Source: an uncultured delta proteobacterium (GTDB lineage Bacteria; Myxococcota_A; Polyangia; Palsa-1104). From it: a stretch of 64,000 nucleotides of DNA. The position numbers were made by a program, and so were the translations under genes. Positions 51,706-63,277 of this stretch are shown one piece after another. The stretch is from NCBI GenBank assembly GCA_963785725.1, contig CAWAWS010000039.1, positions 160,001 to 224,000 of the forward strand. The letters run 5' to 3'. Each line of letters begins with the position of its first letter. The first letter of the stretch is position 1. The notes below the pieces were generated by a model, which saw only the letters and a program-made list of their open reading frames with translations, was not told the origin of the DNA and did no database searches.

Positions 51706-52203
51706 TCAACACAGGTAATGCTGATCGAGTGGCGCCGACTGCTGCACGCGACCGCTGTAGATTTCGTCGCTGGTGGCGCTGCGGACGGTGTGGACGCGAA
51801 TGGAGATATGGAGCGTCTCGCCGGCGAGCGGATGGTTGGTGTCGACGAGCACGAGCTCCGCGTCGGCCTGCATGACGCGAAACGTGACCGTCCTGCCGTC
51901 GGGTCGCGCGGCCGAGAACATCATGCCGGGGCCGATCTCCTCGCGAGCGGGAAAGGAGCTGCGCGGAATGACGAAGACGCCGGCCGGGTCGCGCTCGCCG
52001 TAGGCTTCGGAGGGCGGGACGATCGTCTCCAATAGTGCGCCGGCGTCCAAGCCTTCGATGGCGTTCTCGACGCCGGGCACGATCTGATGCCGCCCATGAA
52101 GGTAGGTCAGCGGCTCGTGGCCGACGCTGGTTTCGACGACCCGCCCGGACGCCAAGCGGATGGTGTAGTCGATGCACACGATACGATCTTTGCCGATCTT
52201 CAC
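51706..52203 (-). CDS. slyD: FKBP-type peptidyl-prolyl isomerase, SlyD-like
   Basis: PLTYLHG..QIVPGVE, PSEAYGE and VDTNHPLAGETL; no long His-rich tail. Confidence 0.88.
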   Translation of the reverse strand: MKIGKDRIVCIDYTIRLASGRVVETSVGHEPLTYLHGRHQIVPGVENAIEGLDAGALLETIVPPSEAYGERDPAGVFVIPRSSFPAREEIGPGMMFSAARPDGRTVTFRVMQADAELVLVDTNHPLAGETLHISIRVHTVRSATSDEIYSGRVQQSAPLDQHYLC

Positions 52204-52315
52204 GATTCACCTCGCGCTCAGCGTCAATACTCTTTTGCAAAAGCATGGCCAGCTTCGCGGCGTCGTGCGGCCGGCGCTTGACACGGGCCTTAGCGGCGTC
52301 GAGAGTTACCGACGC

Positions 52316-53602
52316 ATGATCGACCTCAAGCTCCTTCGAGATCAGCCGAACGAAGTCATCTCCATCTATCGCGAGCGACTCTTCGACGACGCGGCGGCGG
52401 AGAACGCCCAGCGGCTCGTCGAGCTAGACGGCAAGCGGCGCGAGATCGTCGCCTCGAGCGACGACCTGAAGGCCAAGCGCAACACCGGATCGGCGGCCGT
52501 CGGACGCGAAAAAGATCCCGACAAGCGCAAGCAGCTGATCGCGGATATGGACGGCTACAAAGAGCAGATCGCGGCGGCGGACGTGAAGATCGCGGCGCTC
52601 GACGAGGAGATGCGCGGCATTTTGTTGCAGCTGCCGAACCTGCCCGATCCATCGGTGCCGGCGGGCAAGAGCGACGCCGAGAACAAAGTGCTGCACGAGA
52701 TCGGCGACAAGCGCGTGTTCGATTTCGCGCCCAAACCGCACTGGGATTTGGGCAGCGCGCTCGGCATCTTCGACTTCGAGCGGGGCGTGAAGATTTCGGG
52801 CTCGCGCTTCTACCTGCTGCGCGGCGTCGGGGCGCGGCTGCAGCGGGCGCTGATCGCGTGGATGATCGACGTCCACAACGAGCAGGGTTACACCGAGGTT
52901 TATCCGCCGTATATGGTCAAGGGCGAATGCCTGGTCGGGACGGCGCAGCTGCCGAAGTTCGCGGACACGGTGTATCGCGACATCGAGGAAGATTTCTACT
53001 GGGTGCCGACGGCGGAAGTGCCGGTGACGAACATGTATCGCGACGAAGTGCTGGACGCCGCCGACTTGCCGATCAAGCACGTCGCCTATACGGCCTGCTT
53101 TCGGCGCGAGAAGATGGCGAGCGGCAAGGACACGCGCGGCATCAAGCGCGGCCACCAGTTCGACAAGGTCGAGATGGTGAAGTTCGTGGCGCCCGAGGAT
53201 TCGCTGGCGGAGCTGACGAAGCTGGTGAGCGACGCCGAGGAGATCTTGAAGCGCCTCGAGCTGCCCTATCGCTTGGTCGAGATGGTGACGGGCGATTTGT
53301 CGTTCGCGGCGTGCAAGAAGTACGACCTCGAGACGTGGGCGCCGGGCTGCAACGAGTGGCTCGAGGTGTCGTCGTGCTCGACGTTCGGCGATTTTCAGGC
53401 GCGACGCGCGATGATCCGCGCCAAGTCGGGCAAGGACAAGCCGCGCTACGTGCACACGCTCAACGGCTCGGGCTTGGCGCTGCCGCGGACGTTGATCGCG
53501 GTGCTGGAGAATTATCAGCGCGCCGATGGCAGCGTCGACGTGCCGAAGGTGCTGCGGCCGTACTTGGGCGGCCTCGACGTCATCACGGCGGCAACGAAGT
53601 AA
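52316..53602 (+). CDS. serS: Serine--tRNA ligase
   Basis: MIDLKLLR, PTAEVP, CFRRE, HQFDKVE, EVSSCS and HTLNGSGLA. Confidence 0.98.
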   Translation: MIDLKLLRDQPNEVISIYRERLFDDAAAENAQRLVELDGKRREIVASSDDLKAKRNTGSAAVGREKDPDKRKQLIADMDGYKEQIAAADVKIAALDEEMRGILLQLPNLPDPSVPAGKSDAENKVLHEIGDKRVFDFAPKPHWDLGSALGIFDFERGVKISGSRFYLLRGVGARLQRALIAWMIDVHNEQGYTEVYPPYMVKGECLVGTAQLPKFADTVYRDIEEDFYWVPTAEVPVTNMYRDEVLDAADLPIKHVAYTACFRREKMASGKDTRGIKRGHQFDKVEMVKFVAPEDSLAELTKLVSDAEEILKRLELPYRLVEMVTGDLSFAACKKYDLETWAPGCNEWLEVSSCSTFGDFQARRAMIRAKSGKDKPRYVHTLNGSGLALPRTLIAVLENYQRADGSVDVPKVLRPYLGGLDVITAATK

Positions 53603-54365
53603 GCTGCCGGCGGCGCCAGAGGACGGTGTCCATGTCGTCTTGGCCCGTCGTCCAGAAGTAGATCCCGGGCACGGCGAGCGCGAGGCCGCCGGCGAGCGCG
53701 ATCGTGCCGCCGATGATCTGGCTCGACTGCGTGAAGATCTGCTGCGACCGCGAGGTGAAGATGAGCACGACGCCGCCGAGGATGCTGAGCGCGACGCCGG
53801 GCGCGGCGAGGCCGAGGCCGACGTTGCGGGTGGTGCGAGCGCGGCTGTAGGCGCGGTCGAGCTGCGTCGGGTCGACGCGAGCGGGCGCTTGCGAGTCGTC
53901 GGGCTTGATGAGCGGCGGCAGCGCTTGCGGATCGGCGGGCGGCATGTTCGCGGGCGGCGCAGTCGAATCGGCCGGCGGCGTGCCCGCGGTCGACGACGGC
54001 GGATCGCCGGACGCTGAAGTTGCCGTTGGCGAAGAGGGCGCGGTCGACGTCGGCGGCGTGACCGGCGCGCGCTGGGCGGTCGGGATGGGCGGCCGCGAGC
54101 TGTCGGCGAGCAGCGGCACAAGCAGCGGGCGATTCGGAAGTCGTAGTCGCAGTGGCGGTTGTGAAGACGGCGACGTCACGGCTGGCGTCGTCAGCCGATC
54201 GGTCACGACCGGCGACGACAGCCGCGGCGTCGCTCCGTCCGGCTCGAGCGGGAATGGCGACATCGTGAGCGGTTGCGGTGGGCGCGAATTCTGCGCCGCC
54301 TCTGCCGTCGACTGCGCCTGCGCGCGCAACGGTAACAGACATGCCACGACGAGCAGCACGCGCAT
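53583..54365 (-). CDS. Hypothetical exported Pro-rich protein with two C-terminal hydrophobic helices
   Basis: Signal peptide MRVLLVVACLLPLRAQA; start overlaps the addA stop. Confidence 0.7.
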   Translation of the reverse strand: MRVLLVVACLLPLRAQAQSTAEAAQNSRPPQPLTMSPFPLEPDGATPRLSSPVVTDRLTTPAVTSPSSQPPLRLRLPNRPLLVPLLADSSRPPIPTAQRAPVTPPTSTAPSSPTATSASGDPPSSTAGTPPADSTAPPANMPPADPQALPPLIKPDDSQAPARVDPTQLDRAYSRARTTRNVGLGLAAPGVALSILGGVVLIFTSRSQQIFTQSSQIIGGTIALAGGLALAVPGIYFWTTGQDDMDTVLWRRRQLTSLPP

Positions 54366-57300
54366 CAGCGCTCACCCGGGTAGCAGCGGTAGATGAAGCC
54401 GCAGCGCAGGCGATGGCACGTCGAGAGCGGGCGCATGTCCCAGCGTTCGCGAGCGCGCGCGCCCGCCAAGTCGCGGCCGAGCGCGGCCAGCTCGTCGACG
54501 AACGGCTCCGACGGCGCCGCGACCGCGATCTGCGGCGATGGGTCGGCCTCCTTGAGGAACGCGAGGCCCGTGCGCACCGATGGCGCCTGCGGATACAGCC
54601 GGCGCGCCGCCAAGGCGTACGCGTCGAGCTGGAAGCGGTAGTCGTCGGGATCGCCCTGACGCGCGTGCTTGTAGTCGACGACCGTGACGCCGCCGGCCTC
54701 CAGCAGCACGAGGTCGATCTGCCCGCGCAAGTAGAGGACACCGCCGTCGAAGGGCACCGAGAGCAGGAACGGCAGCTCGCGGCGAACGGCTGCGCCGTCG
54801 AGGCCGCGCGCGAAGTCGCCGTCGAGAAAGGCGAGGACGTGGGCGCGCACTTCGGCGACGGCCGGATCCTTGCCGTCGTAACCATCGGCGACGAGCAGGC
54901 GATCGACCGCCGCTTCGTCGGCGCCGGCGGCGACGAAGGGCGCGTGCTCGAGCAGGCGATGGGCGAGCGTGCCGCGGCGTAGCGGATCGAGCGGCGGCGC
55001 GGCATCGTCGTCACTGGCGTCGAGCAGCACGTCGGGCGAGGCGGCGCGCGCCGACGTCGGATGCTCCTGCAGCCCGAGCGCGTGAAACTGCTGGTAGCGG
55101 CGCGGGCAGAGCTGGAAGTCGGCGAGCTGCGTGACCGCCACCGTCAGCGACGACGGGCGCGGCGACGGGCGCGCGACGAGCGACCGCAGCCGCGCCTGGG
55201 CGTCGACGATCGGCGGCGACACGAAGGCGCCGCTCGGCGGCAACGGGTCGGCCCGGTCGCTCGCGGCCCCATCGACTGCGAACGGGCGAAGGCGCGCATC
55301 ATCAGCCGCAGCAGTTTCCGCAGGCCCACGCGTCGCATCGCGATCGCTGAAGCCGACGGGCGCCTCGCCCTGCGTCGCCCCCTCGGCGGTGGGTAACGAC
55401 TGCTCGCTCGTCGCGGCGCCATCGGCTGCATCCGTCGCCGTCGGGTCGGCATCGTCGGGCCACGCGTAGTCGTCGATCGCGACGGCCTCGCCGGTCGCGC
55501 CCGCGGCGATGGCTAGCGCGCGCGCTGCCGCCACGGCGTCGCCGCGCGATCCGCCGGCAGGCGCGCCGGCGACGGAATCGGCCGCGCCGCCGTCCGCCCA
55601 CGCGGCGATCGCCGCCGCCGTGGCTTCATCCGCTGCTCCATCGTCTGCCCGCGCCGCCGCTCCTGCCGCCGCCGCCGCCACCGCGACCTCGACCTCGACC
55701 GGCGACGGCGGCAGCCCATCCCCGTCGACCTCACGCAACAGCGGCGCCGTCCGGTCGTCGGCGAGCAGCTCGTCCAAGCTACCGCGCCACGACTTCCGCT
55801 TGCCCTCGCCCGAGAAGACCACCAAGTCGCGCGCTCGCGTCGCCGCGACATAAAAGACGCGCAGCGACTCCGCCTGCTCGCGCCGGCGCCGCAGCTCGAA
55901 CACGCGCCGCGACGCCGTCGTGTGCGCGCGCGAGCCGGGATGCTGCTCGTCGCGCAGCTTGAGCCCGAGGCCGGCGCTGGTGTCGTATACGATCGGCGAA
56001 GTCTCCACCCGCTCCATCGCCCCGCACGCCGGCACGAACACGATCGGAAACTCCAAGCCCTTGGCCTGATGCACCGTCATGACGCGCACGACATCATCGC
56101 GCTCGTCGGCGATCTGCGCCTGCGCCGCCTCGGCTTCACCGTCGGGGCCGGCGGCGCGGCGCAGCCAATTCGTGAACGCGCGCAGGTCGCCGCCCGCCGT
56201 CTGAAACGCGCGCGCCTTCTCGATCAAGCGCGCCAAGTTGGCCACGCGCTGCTCGCCGTCGGCGGTCGCGGCCAACAGCGGCACGAGGTCGGCGCCGTCG
56301 ACGATCGCCTGCGCGCACGCCGCCGGCCCCAGCCGATCGGCCGTGATCGCCAGCTCGCGGAATTGCGCGCGAAACCGCAGCAGCCCGGCGCGTTCCGCCT
56401 GCGGCAGCGACGCCGGCAACACCGTCGCGCGATCGAACAGCACGCGCGCTCGCAGCTGGCCGGCCAGCGACAGACGCGCCAACGTCTCGTCGGACACGCC
56501 GACGATGGGCGAGCGCAGCACCGCCACCAGCGCCAACAGATCGTCGGGATCGTCGAGCACCGTCAGCGCCGCGGCCAGATCGCGCACCTCTTGCGCCGCG
56601 AAGAAGCCGCGCCCGCGCACGACGAAATAGGGCAGCCCGGCCGCCCGCAGCGCGTCGAGGTAGTCGGTCACGTGCGTGAAGCGCCGCAGCAGCATCGCCA
56701 TGTCGCCGAGCCGCCGCCCGTCGCCGCGCAGCTGCGCCATGCGCCGCGCGATGGCCCGCGCCTCGCGTCCGCGCGCCTCGCTCGAGGCACCCGGTGCCAC
56801 TTTGATCAGCTCGGCGCCCGCCCACTCCGGCGCGTCGGTGCGCAGCGGCGCCAGATCGTCGCTCGGCGGATCGTAGACGACCTCCCATTTGTGCCGGTCG
56901 GCGCCCACCGCCGCGCCCGACATGGCGCGGGCGAAGAGCGCGTTGCACAGCGCCAACACCGGCGGCGACGAGCGGCGCGATTGCGTCAGCAGCTCCTTGT
57001 CACCACCGCGGCGCTCGAGCTCGGCCGCCGCGCGCGCGAACACGGCCACGTCGGCGCCGCGGAATTCGTAGATCGACTGCTTGCGATCGCCGACCACGAA
57101 CAGCCGCGCCCGCTCGTCGTCCGGCTGACGCGCGCCGATCAGCTGCACCAGCTCCGCCTGCACCGGGTTCGTGTCTTGGAATTCGTCGACGAGCACGGCG
57201 TCGAAGCGCGCGCGCACCGTCATGCGCACCGCCGCGTCGTCGCGCAAGAGGTCGCGCGCCATCACCAGCTGATCGGCGAAGTCGATGGCGCCGGCGCTCT

Positions 57301-58312
57301 GCTTGTGCGCGCGATAATTGCGCTCCACGGCATCGACGAGCCGCGCCAACGCCGCCGCCCACGGCGCCGCACGCTGCCCGTGGTAGGCGTCCTGACACAT
57401 CTCGCCCGCCGTCGCCAGCAGGCGCTTCCACTCGGTCACTTTCGGCCCGCGCAGCTTTTTGCCGATGCCGAGCACGAAGTCGACGTCCGCCGCTTGCGCA
57501 AAGTCGAGCCGCGGCAGCCGCTCCGCCAGCTCGCCGGTCAGCCGCTGCCCTTCCGAGCCGCGCGTCAGCTCGAAGCCGTACACCTCCTCGGCCACCGCTT
57601 TGAGGCGCGTCCTCGCCTGCGCAAGCTGCTGCGCCATCTGCGCCGGCTCGTAGTTGCCATCGAGGCCGGCGGCGGTGCGACCCTCCTCGGCGCGCTGGCC
57701 GCGCAGCTTGCCGACCAGCTCGACGAGCCCGACCGAGCGACCGGCGCCGTGAAAGCCGAACTGCGCCACCAGCTCTTCCACGGCCGTATCGCCCGCCGTC
57801 AGCGCGTCCAAGATCGCGCGCTCCGCCGACTGCGTCACCAGCTGCTGCAGCTCGGCGTCGTCGGGCATCGTGAAGTCGGGATCGATCCCGGCGCGCGCCG
57901 CGTGTCGCCGCAAGAGCAAGCTGGCGAACGAATGGAACGTGCCGACCGGCGCCGCGCCCAGCGACAACAGCGCCGCCGTCCAGCCGTCGCCGTCGGGCAA
58001 CGGCGAGCCGAGCGCGCGCGCCGCCGCCGCCAGCGTCGGCTCGAGGCGCGCCACGTCGTCGGGCTGGGCGACGAGCTTGCCGAGCCGCGTGCGAATGCGC
58101 TCTTTGAGCTCGCCCGCCGCCTTGTCGGTGAACGTCATGACGGCGATGCGCGGCGGCGCCACGGCCGCTCGCGCCGCGTGCGCGCCGGCCACCAAATGCA
58201 GATACAGCGTCACCAGCGCGTGCGTCTTGCCGGTGCCGGCGCCGGCTTGCACCACCAGATCGCGCGCAAACGCGGCGATGCGATCGAGCGGCTGCGCAGG
58301 CGGCGTCGTCAC
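54365..58312 (-). CDS. addA: ATP-dependent helicase/nuclease AddA
   Basis: AGAGTGKT, VDEFQDTN, VGDRKQSIYEFRGAD, MTVHQAKGLEF, YVAATRAR and nuclease GQIDL..VDYK. Confidence 0.92.
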   Translation of the reverse strand: MTTPPAQPLDRIAAFARDLVVQAGAGTGKTHALVTLYLHLVAGAHAARAAVAPPRIAVMTFTDKAAGELKERIRTRLGKLVAQPDDVARLEPTLAAAARALGSPLPDGDGWTAALLSLGAAPVGTFHSFASLLLRRHAARAGIDPDFTMPDDAELQQLVTQSAERAILDALTAGDTAVEELVAQFGFHGAGRSVGLVELVGKLRGQRAEEGRTAAGLDGNYEPAQMAQQLAQARTRLKAVAEEVYGFELTRGSEGQRLTGELAERLPRLDFAQAADVDFVLGIGKKLRGPKVTEWKRLLATAGEMCQDAYHGQRAAPWAAALARLVDAVERNYRAHKQSAGAIDFADQLVMARDLLRDDAAVRMTVRARFDAVLVDEFQDTNPVQAELVQLIGARQPDDERARLFVVGDRKQSIYEFRGADVAVFARAAAELERRGGDKELLTQSRRSSPPVLALCNALFARAMSGAAVGADRHKWEVVYDPPSDDLAPLRTDAPEWAGAELIKVAPGASSEARGREARAIARRMAQLRGDGRRLGDMAMLLRRFTHVTDYLDALRAAGLPYFVVRGRGFFAAQEVRDLAAALTVLDDPDDLLALVAVLRSPIVGVSDETLARLSLAGQLRARVLFDRATVLPASLPQAERAGLLRFRAQFRELAITADRLGPAACAQAIVDGADLVPLLAATADGEQRVANLARLIEKARAFQTAGGDLRAFTNWLRRAAGPDGEAEAAQAQIADERDDVVRVMTVHQAKGLEFPIVFVPACGAMERVETSPIVYDTSAGLGLKLRDEQHPGSRAHTTASRRVFELRRRREQAESLRVFYVAATRARDLVVFSGEGKRKSWRGSLDELLADDRTAPLLREVDGDGLPPSPVEVEVAVAAAAAGAAARADDGAADEATAAAIAAWADGGAADSVAGAPAGGSRGDAVAAARALAIAAGATGEAVAIDDYAWPDDADPTATDAADGAATSEQSLPTAEGATQGEAPVGFSDRDATRGPAETAAADDARLRPFAVDGAASDRADPLPPSGAFVSPPIVDAQARLRSLVARPSPRPSSLTVAVTQLADFQLCPRRYQQFHALGLQEHPTSARAASPDVLLDASDDDAAPPLDPLRRGTLAHRLLEHAPFVAAGADEAAVDRLLVADGYDGKDPAVAEVRAHVLAFLDGDFARGLDGAAVRRELPFLLSVPFDGGVLYLRGQIDLVLLEAGGVTVVDYKHARQGDPDDYRFQLDAYALAARRLYPQAPSVRTGLAFLKEADPSPQIAVAAPSEPFVDELAALGRDLAGARARERWDMRPLSTCHRLRCGFIYRCYPGER

Positions 58313-61300
58313 GACTCGTCCTCGCTCTTGGGCGCATCGGTCGTGCGCAGCTGCCGCACGCGACAGGCCGACTCCATGTTGCAGGTCTCGCAGGCGTCTT
58401 CGCGCGGCCGCACCGGGAACTCGCCGGCGCGCATCGCCGCGTGCACCGCCGTCAGCCGCTCGCTCAAGTGGTCGGGCTCGCGCACCGGCCGGGTCAGCTC
58501 GGCCTCGCGCAGCGAATAAAAGCGCGCCTCGACGAGCGGCACCTTCAGCTCCAGCCGCGCGGCCAACGCATACAGCGGCAGCTGCCAGGCGCTATCGCAC
58601 AGCGCTTCCGGCGCCGTATCCGGCACGTACGTCGACTTGCGGCCCGCTTTGTAGTCGAGCACGACCGCCCGGCCGTCGCCGACGTCGATGCGATCGATCT
58701 TGCCCGCGATCCACACGCCGGCCACGTCCAGCGGACCGAACGGCCGCTCGAACAGCGCCGGCGTGCACCCCGGCGACGGCGGCTCTTGCGCCTCCGCCTT
58801 CAAGAATCGCCGCCACCTGCTCGCGCAAGGTCCGCTCTTTGATCGCGAAGATCGCCGGGTGACCGAGCGCCTCCGTCTTGCGCCAGCGATCGACGACGTC
58901 GTCGCACACTTCCTCGGCCAGCTCGAGCTCGCTCGGGTCGCCGCGCAGCGGCAGGCGGCCCTCGTCGACGAAGCGGCGAAACAGCCGCTCCAAGACCTCG
59001 TGATGCAGCCGTCCGAAGGTGCGCGAGTCGATCTCGTCGTCGTTCTCTTCGCCTTCGCGCGCCTTCAACAGCGACCGCAGGAAGAATTTATAGGGACAGG
59101 ACGCGTATTGCTCGAGGCTCGTCGCCGACAGCGGCTCCTCTTGGCGACCGGGCAATCGCGAGCGCACGAGCGCCGCCAACAGCTCGGGATCGCGCAGCGC
59201 ACCGACGTAGGCGTGCGCCGGCAGCTGCTGCTGGAAGAAGCCATGGCGCCGCTTTTCCACCGCCACCAAATGCTCGAGCCGACCGAGCCGCGGCCGATCG
59301 AGCGCCGTCAGCAGCGGCAAGAACGGCGCCGCCTCGACGTCGGGCGGCGACAGGCGCGAGCCGCGATCGCCGCGGCATTCGAGCAGCACGCGCGCCGCCA
59401 GCTCGTCGACGGTGCGCGCGTCACGGGCGCGGGCGATGGGATCGCGCAGGAGCAGGCGGATCTCGGCCTCGGTCGGGTGCAGATCGTCGACGAGCGGCGA
59501 GCGCAGCTGGGGCGCGCCATCCTCGTCACCGCGCGTCCACGACAGATGGGCCGCGTCCGTCGCCGCCAGCGCCAGGTGGAACGCCAGCGCCGCGCGATCG
59601 ATGGCGCGCGACGCCAGCGGCAAGACCGGCGCGCCCAAGGCGCGATTGAGCGCGGCGCGATCGTCGTCGCCGAGCAGCGGATCTTCCGACGGCCGCGCCG
59701 GAGCTTCGCCGTCGACGAGCCCGCACGCGAACAGATGCGCGAAGCGACGACCGGCGACGCCGCCGAAGTCGCTCAGCTCGACCGCGGCGCCGCGCACACC
59801 GCCGGCCCGCGCCCGCGCCGACGCGAGCAGCTCGCCGAGCAGCCGCGCAAAACGGGCGCGCGACAGCTTCTGCGACTTCAGCCCCGCCCGCAGCGCCGCG
59901 CGCGGCAGGTCGGCCAGCGCCACCTCGAGCTCGCGCATCGCCGCCTGATCGCGCGCGATGGCCCGCGTCTCGGCCTCGGAATCGGCCGGCTGCTCCTTGC
60001 GAAACCCACGCGCGCGCTCGAACAATTCCAGCTCGCTCAACGCCTTGTGCAGCTTTTGGCAGTGCTGCGCCACGTTCGCTTCCGCCGGCAGCTTCTGGAT
60101 CAGCGTCACCAGCTCGTCGACGTGCCGGCAGATCGTCTCCGCTTTGCCTTCCTTGAGCACGTGTTGCCGCTTGCCGCGCGCCCACGTCGCGAGGCCCACG
60201 CTGTAGCCGAGCCCGCGGGCGTCGGTCACGTAGGCCTCGCGCAGCGCCCGCGCGATCTCGTGCGGCAGCACTTTGCCGTTGGGCCCATGCGCCTCGCCCG
60301 CGACATAGCGCGACGACAGCAGCTGGATGAACCGCTCGCGCGGGATCTCGTCGTCGGCGAGCGCTAACAGCTCGAGCGCGATGCGCACCGGCGGCGCGTC
60401 GATGGCGCTCGGCGGTTTGCGCGCCGCCACCGGCACGCCGTAACGCACCAGCGCCGCTTCCAGAAGCGCGCGCCGCTCCGCCGACGACGCCAGCACGGCG
60501 ATCGACTCGGGCGCGGCGCCGGCGTCGACCAGATCACGCACGCGCCGGGCCACCTCGCGCGCCTCGGTCGACGGCGTCGGCGCTTGCGTGAAGTCGACGA
60601 GCGGCGCGCGCTCGAGCGGCGCGTTCACGCGCTCGAGCCGCGCGGCGCCGTGGCGCGCCTCCAGCGCCGACAGCGTCGGATCGAGCGCGCGCGCCGCCTG
60701 CGGCGGCAGGTCCGACGACGACGGCAGCCGCACCTGCACGACGAGCCCGCGCGTGAGCAGCGCATCGAGCAGCTGCAAATGGGCCGCGTCCCAGTCGACG
60801 ATGTCGTGGGTGACGACGCGATCGACGTCGTCGAGCATGGCCACGCGCGCGCCGCCGGCGATGGCGCGACAGCCGGCATGCCACGCCGCCGCGTCGTCGC
60901 ACAATTCGCCGCCCTTCAGGTGCTTTTGGTAGGCCGCGAGCCGGCGGGCAATCTCCTCGCCGTGCCGCGCCGCCGCGCCGCCCGCTTGCCGCGCCGCCGC
61001 GTCCAAATCGCGCGCCGACAAGCCGCTCTGCCCGAGCGCGGCGAAGATGCGCCCGAGGCTGCGCCGGAGGCCGCGGCTGTGCGCGATCGGCGCCAGCGAG
61101 CCGCCCGCGCTCTCGGCCACGGCATCGACCACCAGCTTCTCGCCGACCGGCCCCAAGCGCCGCGCCGCCGCCGTGGGCCCGGTCGCGCAGGCCGCTTCGA
61201 CGAGCTCGCGCGGTGTCGCCCGGCCCAGCCCGAGCTCGACGACGCCACCCGCAGCCAGCGCCAGTCGCCACTCGAGCTCGACCGCGTCCGCCGTCGCGTG

Positions 61301-61330
61301 CAGGTGCAGCGTCGTGCCCACCCTGAACAC
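58309..61330 (-). CDS. addB: AddB-like inactive helicase with PD-(D/E)xK nuclease; frameshift near 58800
   Basis: SATSLEQYASCPYKFF; GKIDRID..LDYK, QLPLYA and CETCNMESAC lie in the second frame. Confidence 0.88.
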
Positions 61331-61360
61331 CTTATCAGATGCGATCGGAGGCGCCAGCCG

Positions 61361-62170
61361 TCAGTTGGCGCTGCGCTGCCCCTTGATGTACGCGACGAGA
61401 TTCTGATGCGCGCCCTCGACGGCACCTTCGAGCGCGTCGAGCTGCAGCGCCTGCTCGCGCTCGGGCCGGAGCCCCACGCGCGGCGCCTGCACGGTCGCGC
61501 CGCCCGAGGTCATCATGACCATCGCCCGCGACGGCAAGCGCCCGACGACGAAGCTGATCTCGCACGTAATCTCCACCCACTCGGGCGTCGTGCGGCGCGA
61601 GACATTGGTGATCGAGCTGTCGATGAGGAAGCCCGAGATCGGCTTGCCCTCGAGCGTCAAGCCCGGCGTCTTGTTCAGCTCGCGAATGATGAATTCCTTC
61701 AGCCGAATCGCCATCTGCGGCGAGACGTGCTGCGCTTTGACGCCGATGCCGCCGACTTCGACGTGCAAGGCGCCGTTGCCGCCGCCGCCGCCGTGCGCAG
61801 CCTCCGACGGCGGCGTCGACAGCCGCGCCAACGCGGCCACCGCTTTGTCGCGCACGAACCCCGACGGATCGCGCTTCGACCGCTCCAGCGCCGACTTGGC
61901 CGACGCGTCGCCGAGCTCGCCCAGCACCTGCGCCGACAGGCCGCGCACCGTCTCGTTTTCGTCGCCGAGCGCGCGCTCCAGCGACGGCACGGCGCGCGCG
62001 TCCTTGAGCTTGCCGAGCACGACCGCCGCCTGCAAACGCACGCGCCAGCTGGGATCGGTGGTGAGCGAACGGCACAGATCGTCCACCCGATCGGCGCGCG
62101 CGGGTGCGCTCGCCGTCAGCAATCCCAAGATCAGCACGGAGGTCACGGAGGCGCGACACACGATGGACAC
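61361..62170 (-). CDS. Exported HEAT-repeat protein
   Basis: Signal peptide; repeats DPSWRVRLQAAVVLG, DENETVRGLSAQVLG and DPSGFVRDKAVAAL. Confidence 0.85.
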   Translation of the reverse strand: MSIVCRASVTSVLILGLLTASAPARADRVDDLCRSLTTDPSWRVRLQAAVVLGKLKDARAVPSLERALGDENETVRGLSAQVLGELGDASAKSALERSKRDPSGFVRDKAVAALARLSTPPSEAAHGGGGGNGALHVEVGGIGVKAQHVSPQMAIRLKEFIIRELNKTPGLTLEGKPISGFLIDSSITNVSRRTTPEWVEITCEISFVVGRLPSRAMVMMTSGGATVQAPRVGLRPEREQALQLDALEGAVEGAHQNLVAYIKGQRSAN

Positions 62171-62254
62171 TGCTCTTCAATTAGATGAAATCGCCCGCCA
62201 CCTCGTCAAGGTGAACAAAAGGTCCCGGGGTAGGTACGCTTGCGTAATGTTGCG

Positions 62255-63262
62255 ATGCCGCGCCGCGGCCGCTACCCTCGGCGCGTGGCGGCTCCTCCAA
62301 CTGCTCCTCCGACTCGCGGGCGCAAGCCTCAGGGCATGTCCGGCAATCAGCTGCTCGGGCTCGGGCTGACCGGCTGTGCGCTCGTCATCGTCGTAGCGGT
62401 GGTTTCGCTGCGGTTTACCCACAAAGAGCCGCCGCCACCGCCGCCACCGCCACCGCCGCCGCCCGAACAGAGCGTGCACCGCGTGATGCGCTACACGCCG
62501 ACGTATTACAAAGCCGTGACGGAAGAGGACGTCAAACGCTACGGCCTGCCGGACCCGCTCGATCTGGACGCGCTGGCGCAGCCGCTCGTGTACGCGCACG
62601 AGCTGTCGGAGCCGCGGCTCCTCAAGATCGGCAAAGAGGTCGTCGAGACGCCGCACCTGAAGATTACGACGCGCGTCATCAAAGAGTGGGCGTCGACGCA
62701 GTCGGGGCAGCGCTTTCGCTACGAGCACATCGTGCTGTCCATCGCCAACAAGACGTCGAGGCCGCTCGCCTATCGCGTCGAGACGACGATCAACCACCCC
62801 GAGTCGTGCCAGAGCCAAGGCGCCATCGCGCACAACGCCGTGGCGTTGAAGGCGGGCGAGACGGCCGAGCGCACCGAGTGCTTGTGGCACAAAGATACGG
62901 CGTTGACGCTTCGCAGCGTGGAAGTCGTGGAGCTTCCGATGATTGGCTATTACTATGTCAGCCGCTTGAACCCCAATCAGATCTTGCTCGACGATCGAAC
63001 CTCGGCCGGCCACACGGTGCCGGAGCCGGCCAAAGAGTGCAGCTTCGTGCCCTGGCGCGACATCCAGGCGTCGACGAGCGAGCTGCACACCGGCTGGGCC
63101 GACGTCATCGACTTCTACGCGCGCCACAACTGCGACGAGTACAGCTTCTATCGCGGCTACCGGCGCTGGACGACGGCCGGCACGTTGCCCGCGCGAGCCC
63201 AATCGGCCGGTCAAGCGAGCGATAGTGCCGTAACGGTTGACCATCCGCCCGTGAGCAAGTAG
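62255..63262 (+). CDS. Hypothetical bitopic membrane protein
   Basis: One TM helix, poly-Pro linker and a globular domain with 4 Cys; coding-like composition. Confidence 0.75.
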   Translation: MPRRGRYPRRVAAPPTAPPTRGRKPQGMSGNQLLGLGLTGCALVIVVAVVSLRFTHKEPPPPPPPPPPPPEQSVHRVMRYTPTYYKAVTEEDVKRYGLPDPLDLDALAQPLVYAHELSEPRLLKIGKEVVETPHLKITTRVIKEWASTQSGQRFRYEHIVLSIANKTSRPLAYRVETTINHPESCQSQGAIAHNAVALKAGETAERTECLWHKDTALTLRSVEVVELPMIGYYYVSRLNPNQILLDDRTSAGHTVPEPAKECSFVPWRDIQASTSELHTGWADVIDFYARHNCDEYSFYRGYRRWTTAGTLPARAQSAGQASDSAVTVDHPPVSK

Positions 63263-63277
63263 CTTTTGGACTCCCCT

